A stretch of DNA of 64,000 nucleotides from Acidobacteriota bacterium (lineage in GTDB: Bacteria; Acidobacteriota; UBA890; WLXD01), in NCBI GenBank assembly GCA_965248695.1, contig CBDFKD010000002.1:3680001-3744000 (forward strand). The letters run 5' to 3'. The position numbers and the translations under genes are program-made. This document shows positions 47,714 through 56,588 of this stretch, piece after piece. Each line of letters begins with the position of its first letter. Positions within the stretch are counted from its first letter, which is position 1. A model generated the notes under the pieces. That model searched no databases. It was not told the DNA's origin and saw nothing but the letters and a program-made list of their open reading frames with translations.

Positions 47714-48874
47714 ATGATCGACGACACCTAGCTGCTCGCCTGGCGCGAGGAGTTCCCGATCCTGGACACGTCGACCTATCTGATATCGAATTCGCTTGGC
47801 GCCATGCCGCGCGGGGTACACGCGGCTCTGGCCGGGTACGCAGATACGTGGGAAACGCGAGGTGTCGGCGCCTGGGAAGAGGAGTGGTGGTTGCTGCCGG
47901 AGAAGGTCGGCGACGCCATCGGCGGGGTCATCGGGGCTGCGCCCGGCACGGTATCGACGCATCAAAACGTGACGCTGGCGTCGGCGGTGCTGGCGTCGTC
48001 CTTCGACTTCACCGCCGAGCGCAACTGCATCGTTTGCTCGGAGCTCAACTTCCCGTCGATCGTTCACCTGTACCGCGGCTACGAGCGTTACGGCGCCCAG
48101 CTGCATCTCGTCGGCTCGCCAGATGGCTTCGAAGTCCCAACCGAGGCGATGATCGCAGCGATCGACGAGCGCACCGCGCTGGTGCCGATCTCGCATGTGA
48201 TCTTCCGTGGCAGCTACATGCAGGACGTCGAGGCGATCGTTGCACGGGCTCGCGAGGTTGGCGCAAGCGTCGCCCTCGATGTCTACCAGTCAGCCGGTGC
48301 GATGCCGATCGATGTGGTTGGCTTCGATGTCGACTTCGCCGTCGGCGGGGTGTTGAAATGGTTCTGCGGAGGTCCGGGGGTTGCCTATCTGTACTGCCGC
48401 CCGGACCGCATCGCGGAGCTCGAGCCCGCGCTTACCGGATGGTTCGCGCGCCGTGAGCCGTTCGCTTTCGACCCCCTCGACACGACGTACCGAGACGATG
48501 CCTGGCGGTTCCTGAATGGAACGACACATATCCCATCGCTGTCGGCCGCGGTGCCCGGACTCGAGATTCTCGGCCGCCTCGATCTGGATGACGTCCGACG
48601 CAAGTCGCTCCGGCAGACACAGGCGATCATCGACACGGCGAGTGAGCGCGGCTGGCGGGTGAATTCACCGTCATCGCCCGAGCGCCGCGGTGGGCACGTC
48701 ACCGTCGACGTGCCGGGAGCCGATCGAGTGGCGCAACAGATGATGCAACGGCGCATCATGGTCGACTATCGACCGGCGGCAGGGATTCGCCTGGCGCCGC
48801 ACTTCTACACTACGGACGACGAGATCCAGCTGGCGCTCGCTACCATCGACGAGCTAGTGGCCTGTAACAGATGA
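47714..48874 (+). CDS. Kynureninase-like class V aminotransferase; in-frame TAG at codon 6
   Basis: MIDDT*LLAWREEFPILDTSTYLISNSLGAMP, DVYQSAG, GGVLKWFCGGPG, GWF, IRLAPHFY; C-terminal LVACNR* is encoded by the MITE end. Confidence 0.85.
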
Positions 48875-49143
48875 ACGTTGCATATCGTGGTGACGAAATT
48901 GGCCTGGATGCCAGGCGCACCGACGAGACGATGTTTGCCCATCTTGGAGGAGGGGCAACGGGGCAGACGGGCCGATTGCGCCACTGTTCTCTTGATGGGC
49001 CTGCGGACAGATGGGCGGTTGCGGGCGATATCGGCGTTGCGCCTCGTCGACGATGCCCATTGCATCGCCTTCCTCACCGCGCCTTGATCTCACCCGCAAA
49101 TCCCATCTGCGATAGGCAACGTTCATCTGTTACAGGCCACTAG
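48854..49143. mobile_element. Full-length 290-bp MITE (IS630-like ends)
   Basis: 34-bp TIR ctagtggcctgtaacagatgaacgttgc(a/c)tatcg with 1 mismatch; CTAG at both ends; homologous to 63553-63843. Confidence 0.9.
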
Positions 49144-49147
49144 TGGC

Positions 49148-50128
49148 TCAGTAGCCGCGCTGACGATCGACCAGGTTGCCCAGCCGCCCGCCGTCCACGA
49201 AGCAGCGATAGTTCTCGGCGAACTCATCGGCGATGGAACCGATCTCACTCGGACCCGCGATGTGCGGAGTCACCCAAGCCCGCGGCTCGGTCCATAACGG
49301 GCTCTCGGCAGGCAAGGGCTCCTGCTCGAAAACGTCCAGGACGGCAGCCGAAATGACGCCGTCTCGCAGGGCGTTCAGCAGGGCTTCTTCGTCGATGAGC
49401 GCGCCACGTGCAACGTTGATCACCACCGCGTCAGGTGGCATCTGCGCCAGCGCGCCGGCGTCGATCATGCCCCGCGTCTCGGCCGTCAACGGCAGCGTCA
49501 ACACGAGGGCGTCGCACGTGGGCAGCATTTGTCGCCAGTTTCTCGCGTCGTACACGTGAGTTACGTGTGGCACCGGTCGCGCCTTGCGACACAGACCGGA
49601 GATCTCCGCGCCGAACGCCGCCAGACGCTCGGCGACGACCTGTCCGATCGAACCGAGCCCGAGGACGCCGACGTGAGCGTCCTGAAGCAGCGGTCGCGGT
49701 TGTTCCCCCCAGACGCCGCGATCCTGATCGCGGCGGTAGTCCTCGATGGAAATGAGCTGATGCAACAGGTAGCCGATTACGTACTCGGCCATTTGTGCCC
49801 CGAAGCGGCAGAGCGAACGCGTTATCTGTACCGTCGGCAACAGGTCCTCGCGCTCGACTATGTGATCGACGCCCGCGCCCATGACCTGGATCCACTCCAG
49901 CGCCGGAAGCTGAGCGAGGGCTCCTGGCGGCAGGTTCCAGCTCAGGAGCGCTCGCGCGTCCGACGACTTGCCGCGCGCCGAGCCGGAGCGAGCCTCTACG
50001 GGCACACCCGGCAGTCGACGCATGAGCGCTTTGCGATACTCGTCGGCCTTCGAATGCCACACCATGATCGGGACGATCTGCTCGCTGTCTGGCTGCAGTC
50101 TGGCGACATTTTCTTCGGCTGGCGTCAA
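49148..50128 (-). CDS. D-2-hydroxyacid dehydrogenase (GhrA-like)
   Basis: GAGVD, GLGSIG, INVARG, LDVFEQEPLP, TPHIAG. Confidence 0.93.
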   Translation of the reverse strand: MTPAEENVARLQPDSEQIVPIMVWHSKADEYRKALMRRLPGVPVEARSGSARGKSSDARALLSWNLPPGALAQLPALEWIQVMGAGVDHIVEREDLLPTVQITRSLCRFGAQMAEYVIGYLLHQLISIEDYRRDQDRGVWGEQPRPLLQDAHVGVLGLGSIGQVVAERLAAFGAEISGLCRKARPVPHVTHVYDARNWRQMLPTCDALVLTLPLTAETRGMIDAGALAQMPPDAVVINVARGALIDEEALLNALRDGVISAAVLDVFEQEPLPAESPLWTEPRAWVTPHIAGPSEIGSIADEFAENYRCFVDGGRLGNLVDRQRGY

Positions 50129-50221
50129 ATGTTTGCTCCTTGATCGGGCCGATGATAGCTTAGCTATCCTTGCCGCCAGAGTCTTCTCGATTCATACCCA
50201 CCCGCGTCGGAGGATCTACGT

Positions 50222-50560
50222 ATGAAGTTCAATGAGCGTCGCGTCGACGAGGTGGTCATCATCGACCTGAGCGGCAAGCTCACCCTCGGCTCAGGCGATG
50301 TACAGCTGCGCCAGATCATCCGTGATCTTCTGGAGCGTGGCGAGAAGAGGATCGTGCTCAACCTCGACAAGGTCGGGTACATGGACAGCGCGGGCGTCGG
50401 TGAGCTGGTGGCGAGCTTCACGACCGCTCAGAGCCAGGATGCCGGGTTGAAGCTGCTCAACCTCACTGCGAAGATCCGCGATTTGTTGCAGTTCACGCAG
50501 CTGATATCGGTATTCGAAAGCCATACCGACGAGGCAGAGGCGGTAGCGAGCTTCGAATAG
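50222..50560 (+). CDS. STAS anti-sigma factor antagonist
   Basis: YMDSAGVGELV. Confidence 0.93.
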   Translation: MKFNERRVDEVVIIDLSGKLTLGSGDVQLRQIIRDLLERGEKRIVLNLDKVGYMDSAGVGELVASFTTAQSQDAGLKLLNLTAKIRDLLQFTQLISVFESHTDEAEAVASFE

Positions 50561-50665
50561 GCGGAGACGCCGATCCGCGTGGCCCGGCCTGCGTTTTGGC
50601 TCCCTCGCCGTCTCGGGGGCGCGGGTTCGATTGTCAGGCGGCGGCGCATCTAACGGGGGCAGGCG

Positions 50666-51568
50666 ATGCACGAGTTCCGGCTGACGCCGCCGGCACCGTT
50701 CGGATTCGAGACCACCGCTGCGTTCATGTCGCCCGGCGCGGACGAGCTCGTCGACGTCTTCGACGGTAAGCGTTTCACCCGGCTGGTCGACGTCAGCGGC
50801 CGGATGCGTCTCGTGCTGGTCAGCAGTCTGGGTACCGAGCAGCGTCCGGAGCTCATCGTTACGCTGATGAACGGTACCGAGCGCGACGAGCCCGGGGTGG
50901 TATCGCTGCTGTCGCGGATGATGGGGATGGGTTTCGATCTGGGTCCGTTCTACGCTCGCTGCCGCCAGGACCAGGGCCTGTACGGGTTGTCATCCGACTT
51001 CTATGGGCTGCGCCCGACCCAGAGGATGCACCCGTTTGAGTCCATCACGCTGGCCGTTGCCAGTCGGCCCGGGATGCACTTCTTCCGCGCCAGTGTGTCG
51101 ACGGTGGCCGAGGCGGTGAGCTACCGGGTGGCGTATGCCGGCGACACCTTCTACGCGTTTCCGACGCCTCGTGTGGTTGCCAAGGCCGTACCCGAGGCCA
51201 TGGTGCAGCAGAACTTCAGTATCCAGCAGGCCCGCCAGCTCCACTCCATCGCGCAGGCGGCGATGAGCGGACAGCTGGACATCATCGGCTTGGCGCGCGC
51301 CCCCTTGGAGACACTCGTCGACCGTCTCTCGATGCACGACGGCGTCGGCCTGCTGGGGGCGCAACTCACTGCCATCATCGGCTACGGGCGACTCGATTGC
51401 TTTCCCTCTGCCGACCCGTTGCTGCTCGAATGGCTGGGGCGCAACTACGGATCCGGCACTCCGTTCGAGTCGTTCGAAGCCGATCAATGGGCCGAGCCTT
51501 GGGGCAATTACCGCGGCCTCGTAGCCTTCCATATCTACGCGGAGTTGATGGCGAAGGAGCGTCTTTAG
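50666..51568 (+). CDS. alkA: AlkA-family DNA-3-methyladenine glycosylase
   Basis: PFESI, YAFPTP, HhH-like GVG, FPSAD, WGNYRG. Confidence 0.8.
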   Translation: MHEFRLTPPAPFGFETTAAFMSPGADELVDVFDGKRFTRLVDVSGRMRLVLVSSLGTEQRPELIVTLMNGTERDEPGVVSLLSRMMGMGFDLGPFYARCRQDQGLYGLSSDFYGLRPTQRMHPFESITLAVASRPGMHFFRASVSTVAEAVSYRVAYAGDTFYAFPTPRVVAKAVPEAMVQQNFSIQQARQLHSIAQAAMSGQLDIIGLARAPLETLVDRLSMHDGVGLLGAQLTAIIGYGRLDCFPSADPLLLEWLGRNYGSGTPFESFEADQWAEPWGNYRGLVAFHIYAELMAKERL

Positions 51569-51588
51569 GCGCCCTGTGGCGTGAGCAG

Positions 51589-51645
51589 TTGTCGCCCGTC
51601 TGGCATCCGGCTACACTGCCATCAACTTGAGACTGCGTCTCAATT
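51589..51645 (+). promoter_or_regulatory. Sigma70-type promoter with a Fur-like operator
   Basis: TTGTCG-17-TACACT followed by TTGAGAC-TGC-GTCTCAA (51627-51643), upstream of fur. Confidence 0.65.
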
Positions 51646-51690
51646 CGGAGGCACGTCTGTCGCCGGCGAAAGGGGCCGAGGCTTCTCGCA

Positions 51691-52167
51691 ATGAGTGCAA
51701 CCAGCGTGCAATCAGGCCGGGGTCGGGCTGAGCTCTCGAGCGCCGCGCTCGATACGTTCCGCGACTATCTCGGCGCCCAAGGGCTGCGGTTCACGCAAGA
51801 GCGCGAAGAGGTCATCGGCGAGTTTCTGCGACTCGACACACACGTCGAGGCCGAGGAGCTGCTCCTACGGCTGCGAGCCGCCGGGTCGGCCGTATCGCGG
51901 GCGACCATCTACCGCACGCTCGAATTGCTGGTGCAGGCTGGGTTGGCTCGCAAGGTGCGCCTCGGCACGGACCACTACTACTACGAGCACATCCTCGGAA
52001 CCCGACAGCACGAACACATGATCTGCGTCGACTGCGGCAGGATCATCGAGTGGTTCGACCGGCAGCTGGACGAGCTGCTGGAAAAGAACCTCCAGCGGCA
52101 GCACTTCGTGGCCACGCGCTACACGGTACAGGTCTTTGGCTACTGCAAGGATTGCGCACCACGATAG
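51691..52167 (+). CDS. fur: Fur family transcriptional regulator
   Basis: LRFTQER, SRATIYRTL, HEHMICVDCG, GYCKDC. Confidence 0.93.
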   Translation: MSATSVQSGRGRAELSSAALDTFRDYLGAQGLRFTQEREEVIGEFLRLDTHVEAEELLLRLRAAGSAVSRATIYRTLELLVQAGLARKVRLGTDHYYYEHILGTRQHEHMICVDCGRIIEWFDRQLDELLEKNLQRQHFVATRYTVQVFGYCKDCAPR

Positions 52168-52195
52168 GCAACGTTCATCTGTTACAGGCCACTAG
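52157..52195. mobile_element. Solo MITE end
   Basis: caccacgataggcaacgttcatctgttacaggccactag: 39 bp with 1 mismatch to the reverse complement of 48854-48892; contains the stops of both convergent genes. Confidence 0.9.
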
Positions 52196-52773
52196 CCACC
52201 CCTGAGGTCGGCGCGTCCCTGAGTCGATCGTCCGGCCACGGAGCCGTCCCGTCGGGAGGTGCGGGCCGCCGGGCACTTTGCCAGCGCATCGAGCTCAGAC
52301 CGTAGCCACCGAATGTAGGTCCGATGACGCGGTCGCCTTTCGATAGCGCGGGCGCACAGTCCGGCTACGTCGCGACAGGCGTGACTCCAGTCTTGCCGCA
52401 GGCTCGGGGGCAGCGGGAGATAGCAAGGCTCCTCATCGAGGAACAGCGGGTCACGCGCCAGCGTCCAGATGTCGCACTGTATTTCCCCATGCGGCACCAA
52501 TCCGATCCCCTGTAGCAAGTGCGTGAGCTCGTGCGCCACGGTGTAGTGCGACGGCAGACGGCGGCGCAGGTCGAAGCGAACGATCATGTCCTCGAGCACG
52601 GCGATGCCGTCTGCGGAACGCGTGATGCCCACCGTAACGGCGTGTTCGTCAAGCTCTGGAAACAGCAATAGACAATGCTCGATGCGTCTCATGAGCGCGT
52701 CGGCTCGACGATGCCGCAGCAGTGGGCGCGTCGGTCGCGCCCGGGCGCCGAAGAGCGATAGTTGCGATCTCAC
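52192..52773 (-). CDS. Hypothetical protein with HExxH motif
   Basis: VAHELTHLLQ..GEIQCD, zincin-like. Confidence 0.65.
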   Translation of the reverse strand: MRSQLSLFGARARPTRPLLRHRRADALMRRIEHCLLLFPELDEHAVTVGITRSADGIAVLEDMIVRFDLRRRLPSHYTVAHELTHLLQGIGLVPHGEIQCDIWTLARDPLFLDEEPCYLPLPPSLRQDWSHACRDVAGLCARAIERRPRHRTYIRWLRSELDALAKCPAARTSRRDGSVAGRSTQGRADLRGG

Positions 52774-52901
52774 GCTGGAGCCGCCATCCGTTACGGGCCA
52801 CCCGGGTTGGACGTGCGCCGCATTGCATCCTGGGCGGCGACACGACAGGATCGTCCCATACCAAGCCTGTGTTCCGCAGGGGACGGTAACGCACCGGAGA
52901 G

Positions 52902-53906
52902 ATGCCAGTGCATCGTTTGGTTCCCTTGGCTCTTGCGGCGTTCATGGTCTCTGCTTGTCAGAACTGGGACCTGATGCGACCGGAGGAGACCGTCGGAGAG
53001 GCTGACCGCGCCTTCACTCGACTGGGTCCGGAGAACCGGTCGCCGCTGACGAACGCCCTAGCCCTGCGGCGGGTCGAGCGCATCACCGCGGCGCACGGAG
53101 CCGAGCGACTGCAGCTCGCAGAGCGCTTCTTTGAAGAATTTCCGGAAGCCAGGATGTTCGGCCTGGTGCACGAGCTGATAGGTGAGGCGCATCTCGCCGC
53201 ATTGGCGCATGAGGAGGCCGCAATCGCTTTCGAACGCGCCCTCACGCTCACTCGCACCGATCTTCTCGGCATACCGATCGAGAGCGCTCTGCCGTTGCAA
53301 CTCGGACTGGCGAAGGCGAGCGCCGGAGACCTGATCGGTGGCTCTACGATGCTGCTGCGGGCGAGCGTGGCGGACCGAGGCGAACGTCTGCAACAGGCCC
53401 TGCGGTGGGTATACTCGACCGAGGACTCGGCCGGGGGGAGCTTCGACGATTGGCTGCAGCGCGGCCGCGATAGCGTAGCGGTGATCGCGCCCGAGTTCTC
53501 GCTTCCCGGTCTCCAGCAGCCGCAGGTGGACCTGGCGTCCATGCGAGGCAGCGCCACGTTGCTGAACTTCTGGTCGCCGACCTGACTGGCGTGTCGTGAG
53601 GAGTTTCCTCACCTCGATGCGATCTACCGGGAGCTAGCCCCCGAGGGGCTGGCAGTGATCGCCGTCGACGTTTCCGACGATCTGGAGCGTGCGAGCCAGT
53701 TCTACGACGAGAACGATTTCTCCATACCGGCGGCGTTCGATCCCGGCCAGGAGATTTCGGCGCGCGCCTACGGTGTCATCGCCACGCCGACGAACTATCT
53801 GCTCGACGGGCGCGGCCGCATCGTCTGGCGGCATTACGGGTACAAGCGTGGCGACGAGGACGATGTGCGTCGTGAGATTGGCGAGGTCCTCGCCAAGGCC
53901 GAGTGA
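52902..53906 (+). CDS. TlpA-like redoxin lipoprotein, probable selenoprotein (Sec228, UxxC)
   Basis: Lipobox VSAC; TPR-like region; APEFSL..LLNFWSPT-TGA-LACREEFPHL..YGVIATPTNYLLDGRGRI in one frame; hairpin just downstream. Confidence 0.85.
53591..53620 (+). promoter_or_regulatory. Candidate bacterial SECIS hairpin
   Basis: gtgtc-GTGAGGA-gtt-TCCTCAC-ctc-gatgc; apical-loop G lies 18 nt after the UGA. Confidence 0.65.
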
Positions 53907-53921
53907 GTCGCGTCGCCGGCC

Positions 53922-56126
53922 TCAGGCGCTGCGTCGACGTCGTTGCCGGCGGGCGCGCATCTCTTCTTCTTTCATCTCGTCGATGACCTGGAAGAAGGCG
54001 TCCACCAGGTCGCCAGGCCATTCGGAGTCGCGTCCGTCGGTGATGATGCCACGTGCCACTTCGTCGGTGAACGCCGGGCGGTAGCTGCGGTCGGAAGTCA
54101 GCGCATGCCACACATCGCACAGCGAGATGATCTGCGATCCGGTCGGGATATCTTCGCCCGTCAGCCCGTGCGGATAGCCGGTGCCGTCCCAGCGCTCGTG
54201 GTGATGTAGCACCAGCGGCACGACTTCCTTGAGTGCCGGAAGGGGCTTGAGGATCTGCGCGCCGATCTCCGGATGCTGCTCGATCTGCATGCGTTCGCGG
54301 GTAGTCAGCGCGCCGGGCTTCTGCAGGATCTCATCGGGGATTCCGACCTTGCCGATGTCGTGCACGAGTGCCCCAAGCTCGACCGCGAGCGTCTCACGCT
54401 CGTTCAGGCCGACGGTACTGCAGAGCCTCCGGGTGAGGTCGGACACCTCGAGGGAGTGCTCACGCGTGTAGCTATCCTTGGACTCAACCGCCTCCATCAG
54501 CGCACGCAGAGACTGCTGCACCGCGGCGCTGTCGAGTTCCTGTTCCTCGTCGCGCAACATGCTGTCGAGCACCTGACGCGGGGCGTTGCCCTCTCCCGGC
54601 ATCAGCCGACGCGCGTTCACCGAGATCATCGCCTGGTAGACGCGGCCACTACCGCTCTCGTCGACGCCGGCGGCGTGGATTTGACTACCGCCCTCACCCT
54701 TGGCGACGTACATGGCGCGATCGGCCGCGTCCATGAAGCTGTCGGCGACCTCGCCGTCATCGGGGAAGGTCGCCACACCGATCGACACACGTACGGTGCA
54801 TGGAAGCTCGTCGGGTAGGTCCTCGAGCAGGATCAGCACCCGCTCTGCGCGCTCTACTGCCGTCTTCTTCTCCAGCGGCACGAGCGCAAAGAACTCGTCG
54901 CCGTCGTAGCGGCAGATCGCGTTGGCCATCGGGAGTGCGCGCGCCAGGCGCTGGCCGACCTCTCGGATGACGTCGTTGCCGACGACGTGGCCATGGTGAT
55001 CATTGATGGTCTTGAGGTTGTCGATGTCCACCATCACGAGCGACAGCGGTTTCGGCCGCTCGAGCTCGGCCTGTTCGGATAAAGCCTCGTCGAGCTCCTG
55101 GCGGAAGGTGTTGAAGTTCAGCAGGCCAGTGAGACCATCCAGACGGCTCCGCCGCCGCATTTCTTCGACCAGGTCGCAGCCCTGCAGATAGCCGGCCACC
55201 ATCAATGCGGCGGCCTTGCAGAAGGTTCGTTCTTCCTCCTGGAGGCTGAAGTCCTCACGCGCGTCGCGCAGGAAGAAAGCACCTACCACCACCTCGTTGT
55301 GCATGACCGGAACGACGAACCAGCTACGGAAGCGATGTGGCATCGGAAGGTGGCGGCGCACCTTTTCCCACAGCTTCGAAGGATCGTTGGGATGCAGCTC
55401 GGTGATCTCTCCAGAGGAGAGCGTCTCCTCGAGCTCCGGATAGTGCTTCAGCGCCAGTAGGAGCTGAACGCTCTGCTCGCCGTCGTCGGAGCAGGCGGCA
55501 AGATAAGCGTGCCGGTCTCCTTCGTTGAAGATCAGCGTCGAGCAACGCTCAGCGCGCAGCGTCTCGCGCAGCTTCCTGTTCACCGAGTTCAAGACACTAT
55601 GCGCGTTACCCGACGACAGAGCCAGCTGACCGATTTCGAGCAGCGCTTTTGTCCGGTCCCTTTCCGAGGCCACCTGATGAAAACGATGCGCCATCTTCCT
55701 GGTGACGTCGGTCATCCGATGGAACTGGTGCTGCTCGCGGCGGGCCTCGTCGGAGATCGTGCCGAAGAACAGACCCACTCCGAACAGGAATGGCAATCGG
55801 ATGAGCAGATCGGTTTGCCGCCACATCATGCCGCCGTGTTCGACTTGCAGCATGATCAAGTAGACGACGCAAACCCCCAGCGTGGCGATCACCGTATGGC
55901 CGAACTGGCTACTGATGCCGGCGATGATCAGTACGAGGAAGAAGAACAGGAAGAAATCGTTGGTCGTCTCTCCCGTAAACGCCACAGCTACGGTGACGAG
56001 GGCGAGGTCGGCCAGCGTGATGGGCCACCGCAGGCGCTCCCACTGGCCCGAGCGGACGGCCAGGCCGTAGCAAGCGAGGCTTAGCATCAGCACCACGACC
56101 ATCGAAATCTGCTGCCACGGTGCCAT
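53922..56126 (-). CDS. Membrane GAF-GGDEF-HD-GYP c-di-GMP protein (possible 5' frameshift; upstream start 56277)
   Basis: TM N-terminus; DGLTGL, DIDNLKTIND, RYDGDEF; HDIGK, HHERWDGTGYP. Confidence 0.9.
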   Translation of the reverse strand: MAPWQQISMVVVLMLSLACYGLAVRSGQWERLRWPITLADLALVTVAVAFTGETTNDFFLFFFLVLIIAGISSQFGHTVIATLGVCVVYLIMLQVEHGGMMWRQTDLLIRLPFLFGVGLFFGTISDEARREQHQFHRMTDVTRKMAHRFHQVASERDRTKALLEIGQLALSSGNAHSVLNSVNRKLRETLRAERCSTLIFNEGDRHAYLAACSDDGEQSVQLLLALKHYPELEETLSSGEITELHPNDPSKLWEKVRRHLPMPHRFRSWFVVPVMHNEVVVGAFFLRDAREDFSLQEEERTFCKAAALMVAGYLQGCDLVEEMRRRSRLDGLTGLLNFNTFRQELDEALSEQAELERPKPLSLVMVDIDNLKTINDHHGHVVGNDVIREVGQRLARALPMANAICRYDGDEFFALVPLEKKTAVERAERVLILLEDLPDELPCTVRVSIGVATFPDDGEVADSFMDAADRAMYVAKGEGGSQIHAAGVDESGSGRVYQAMISVNARRLMPGEGNAPRQVLDSMLRDEEQELDSAAVQQSLRALMEAVESKDSYTREHSLEVSDLTRRLCSTVGLNERETLAVELGALVHDIGKVGIPDEILQKPGALTTRERMQIEQHPEIGAQILKPLPALKEVVPLVLHHHERWDGTGYPHGLTGEDIPTGSQIISLCDVWHALTSDRSYRPAFTDEVARGIITDGRDSEWPGDLVDAFFQVIDEMKEEEMRARRQRRRRSA

Positions 56127-56287
56127 GGGGCTGCCGTTGCCGTAGAGGACGAGGTAGGCGGAACCGATCAGGACAGGTGCAGCGGGTCATGACGACGCCG
56201 GCGTGCTGGCGATCGTCCGGCTTTGAACGAGACGACGCATTCACGGTACGGTCCTCGCTGGCGACGCTATGGCTCACTGATGCCCTC

Positions 56288-56400
56288 TAAAAGTTATTAT
56301 AAAGTACTTAAACTTGTTAATAATCGTAATAATGAATGATTTAAATATGTGAAGTCAATGATCTTCTTTAAAGAATTTAGAAAGATACTTAAGCCTATCA
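56288..56400. promoter_or_regulatory. AT-rich tract in a divergent intergenic region
   Basis: About 21% GC over about 113 bp by hand count; includes the palindrome ttctttaaagaa. Confidence 0.55.
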
Positions 56401-56588
56401 ATGGCCTCCCTGGCCTCTCCTGGCCGGCGCCGTAAGTGGGCCGTGATCGGACGCCCGGCCTGTATGGGATAATCCGCTCCAGGAGCCTGCCCATACCACC
56501 CGCGCCAGCGACGTGTCGCCCCGATCAAGTGTCTTGATTCAGTTCGCCGCGGCGACCTACCCGCCAGGCTGTACGGAGCGACGAACCC

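Noticed and set aside
47729-47731. Pyrrolysine call for the TAG
   Set aside because: Non-catalytic N-terminal position and no pyl genes in the window; left as an unresolved anomaly
48854-49143. Two mirrored 90-aa ORFs (MNVAYR...SSVTGH) on opposite strands
   Set aside because: By-products of the terminal inverted repeats; the ATG context is not kept in the second copy and no protein motif is recognisable
50621-50640. GGGTTCGATT T-loop-like motif
   Set aside because: No closing T-stem or other tRNA arms
56288-56400. AT-rich tract as oriC or dif
   Set aside because: No TTATCCACA boxes, no XerC/XerD consensus, and no dnaA/par context
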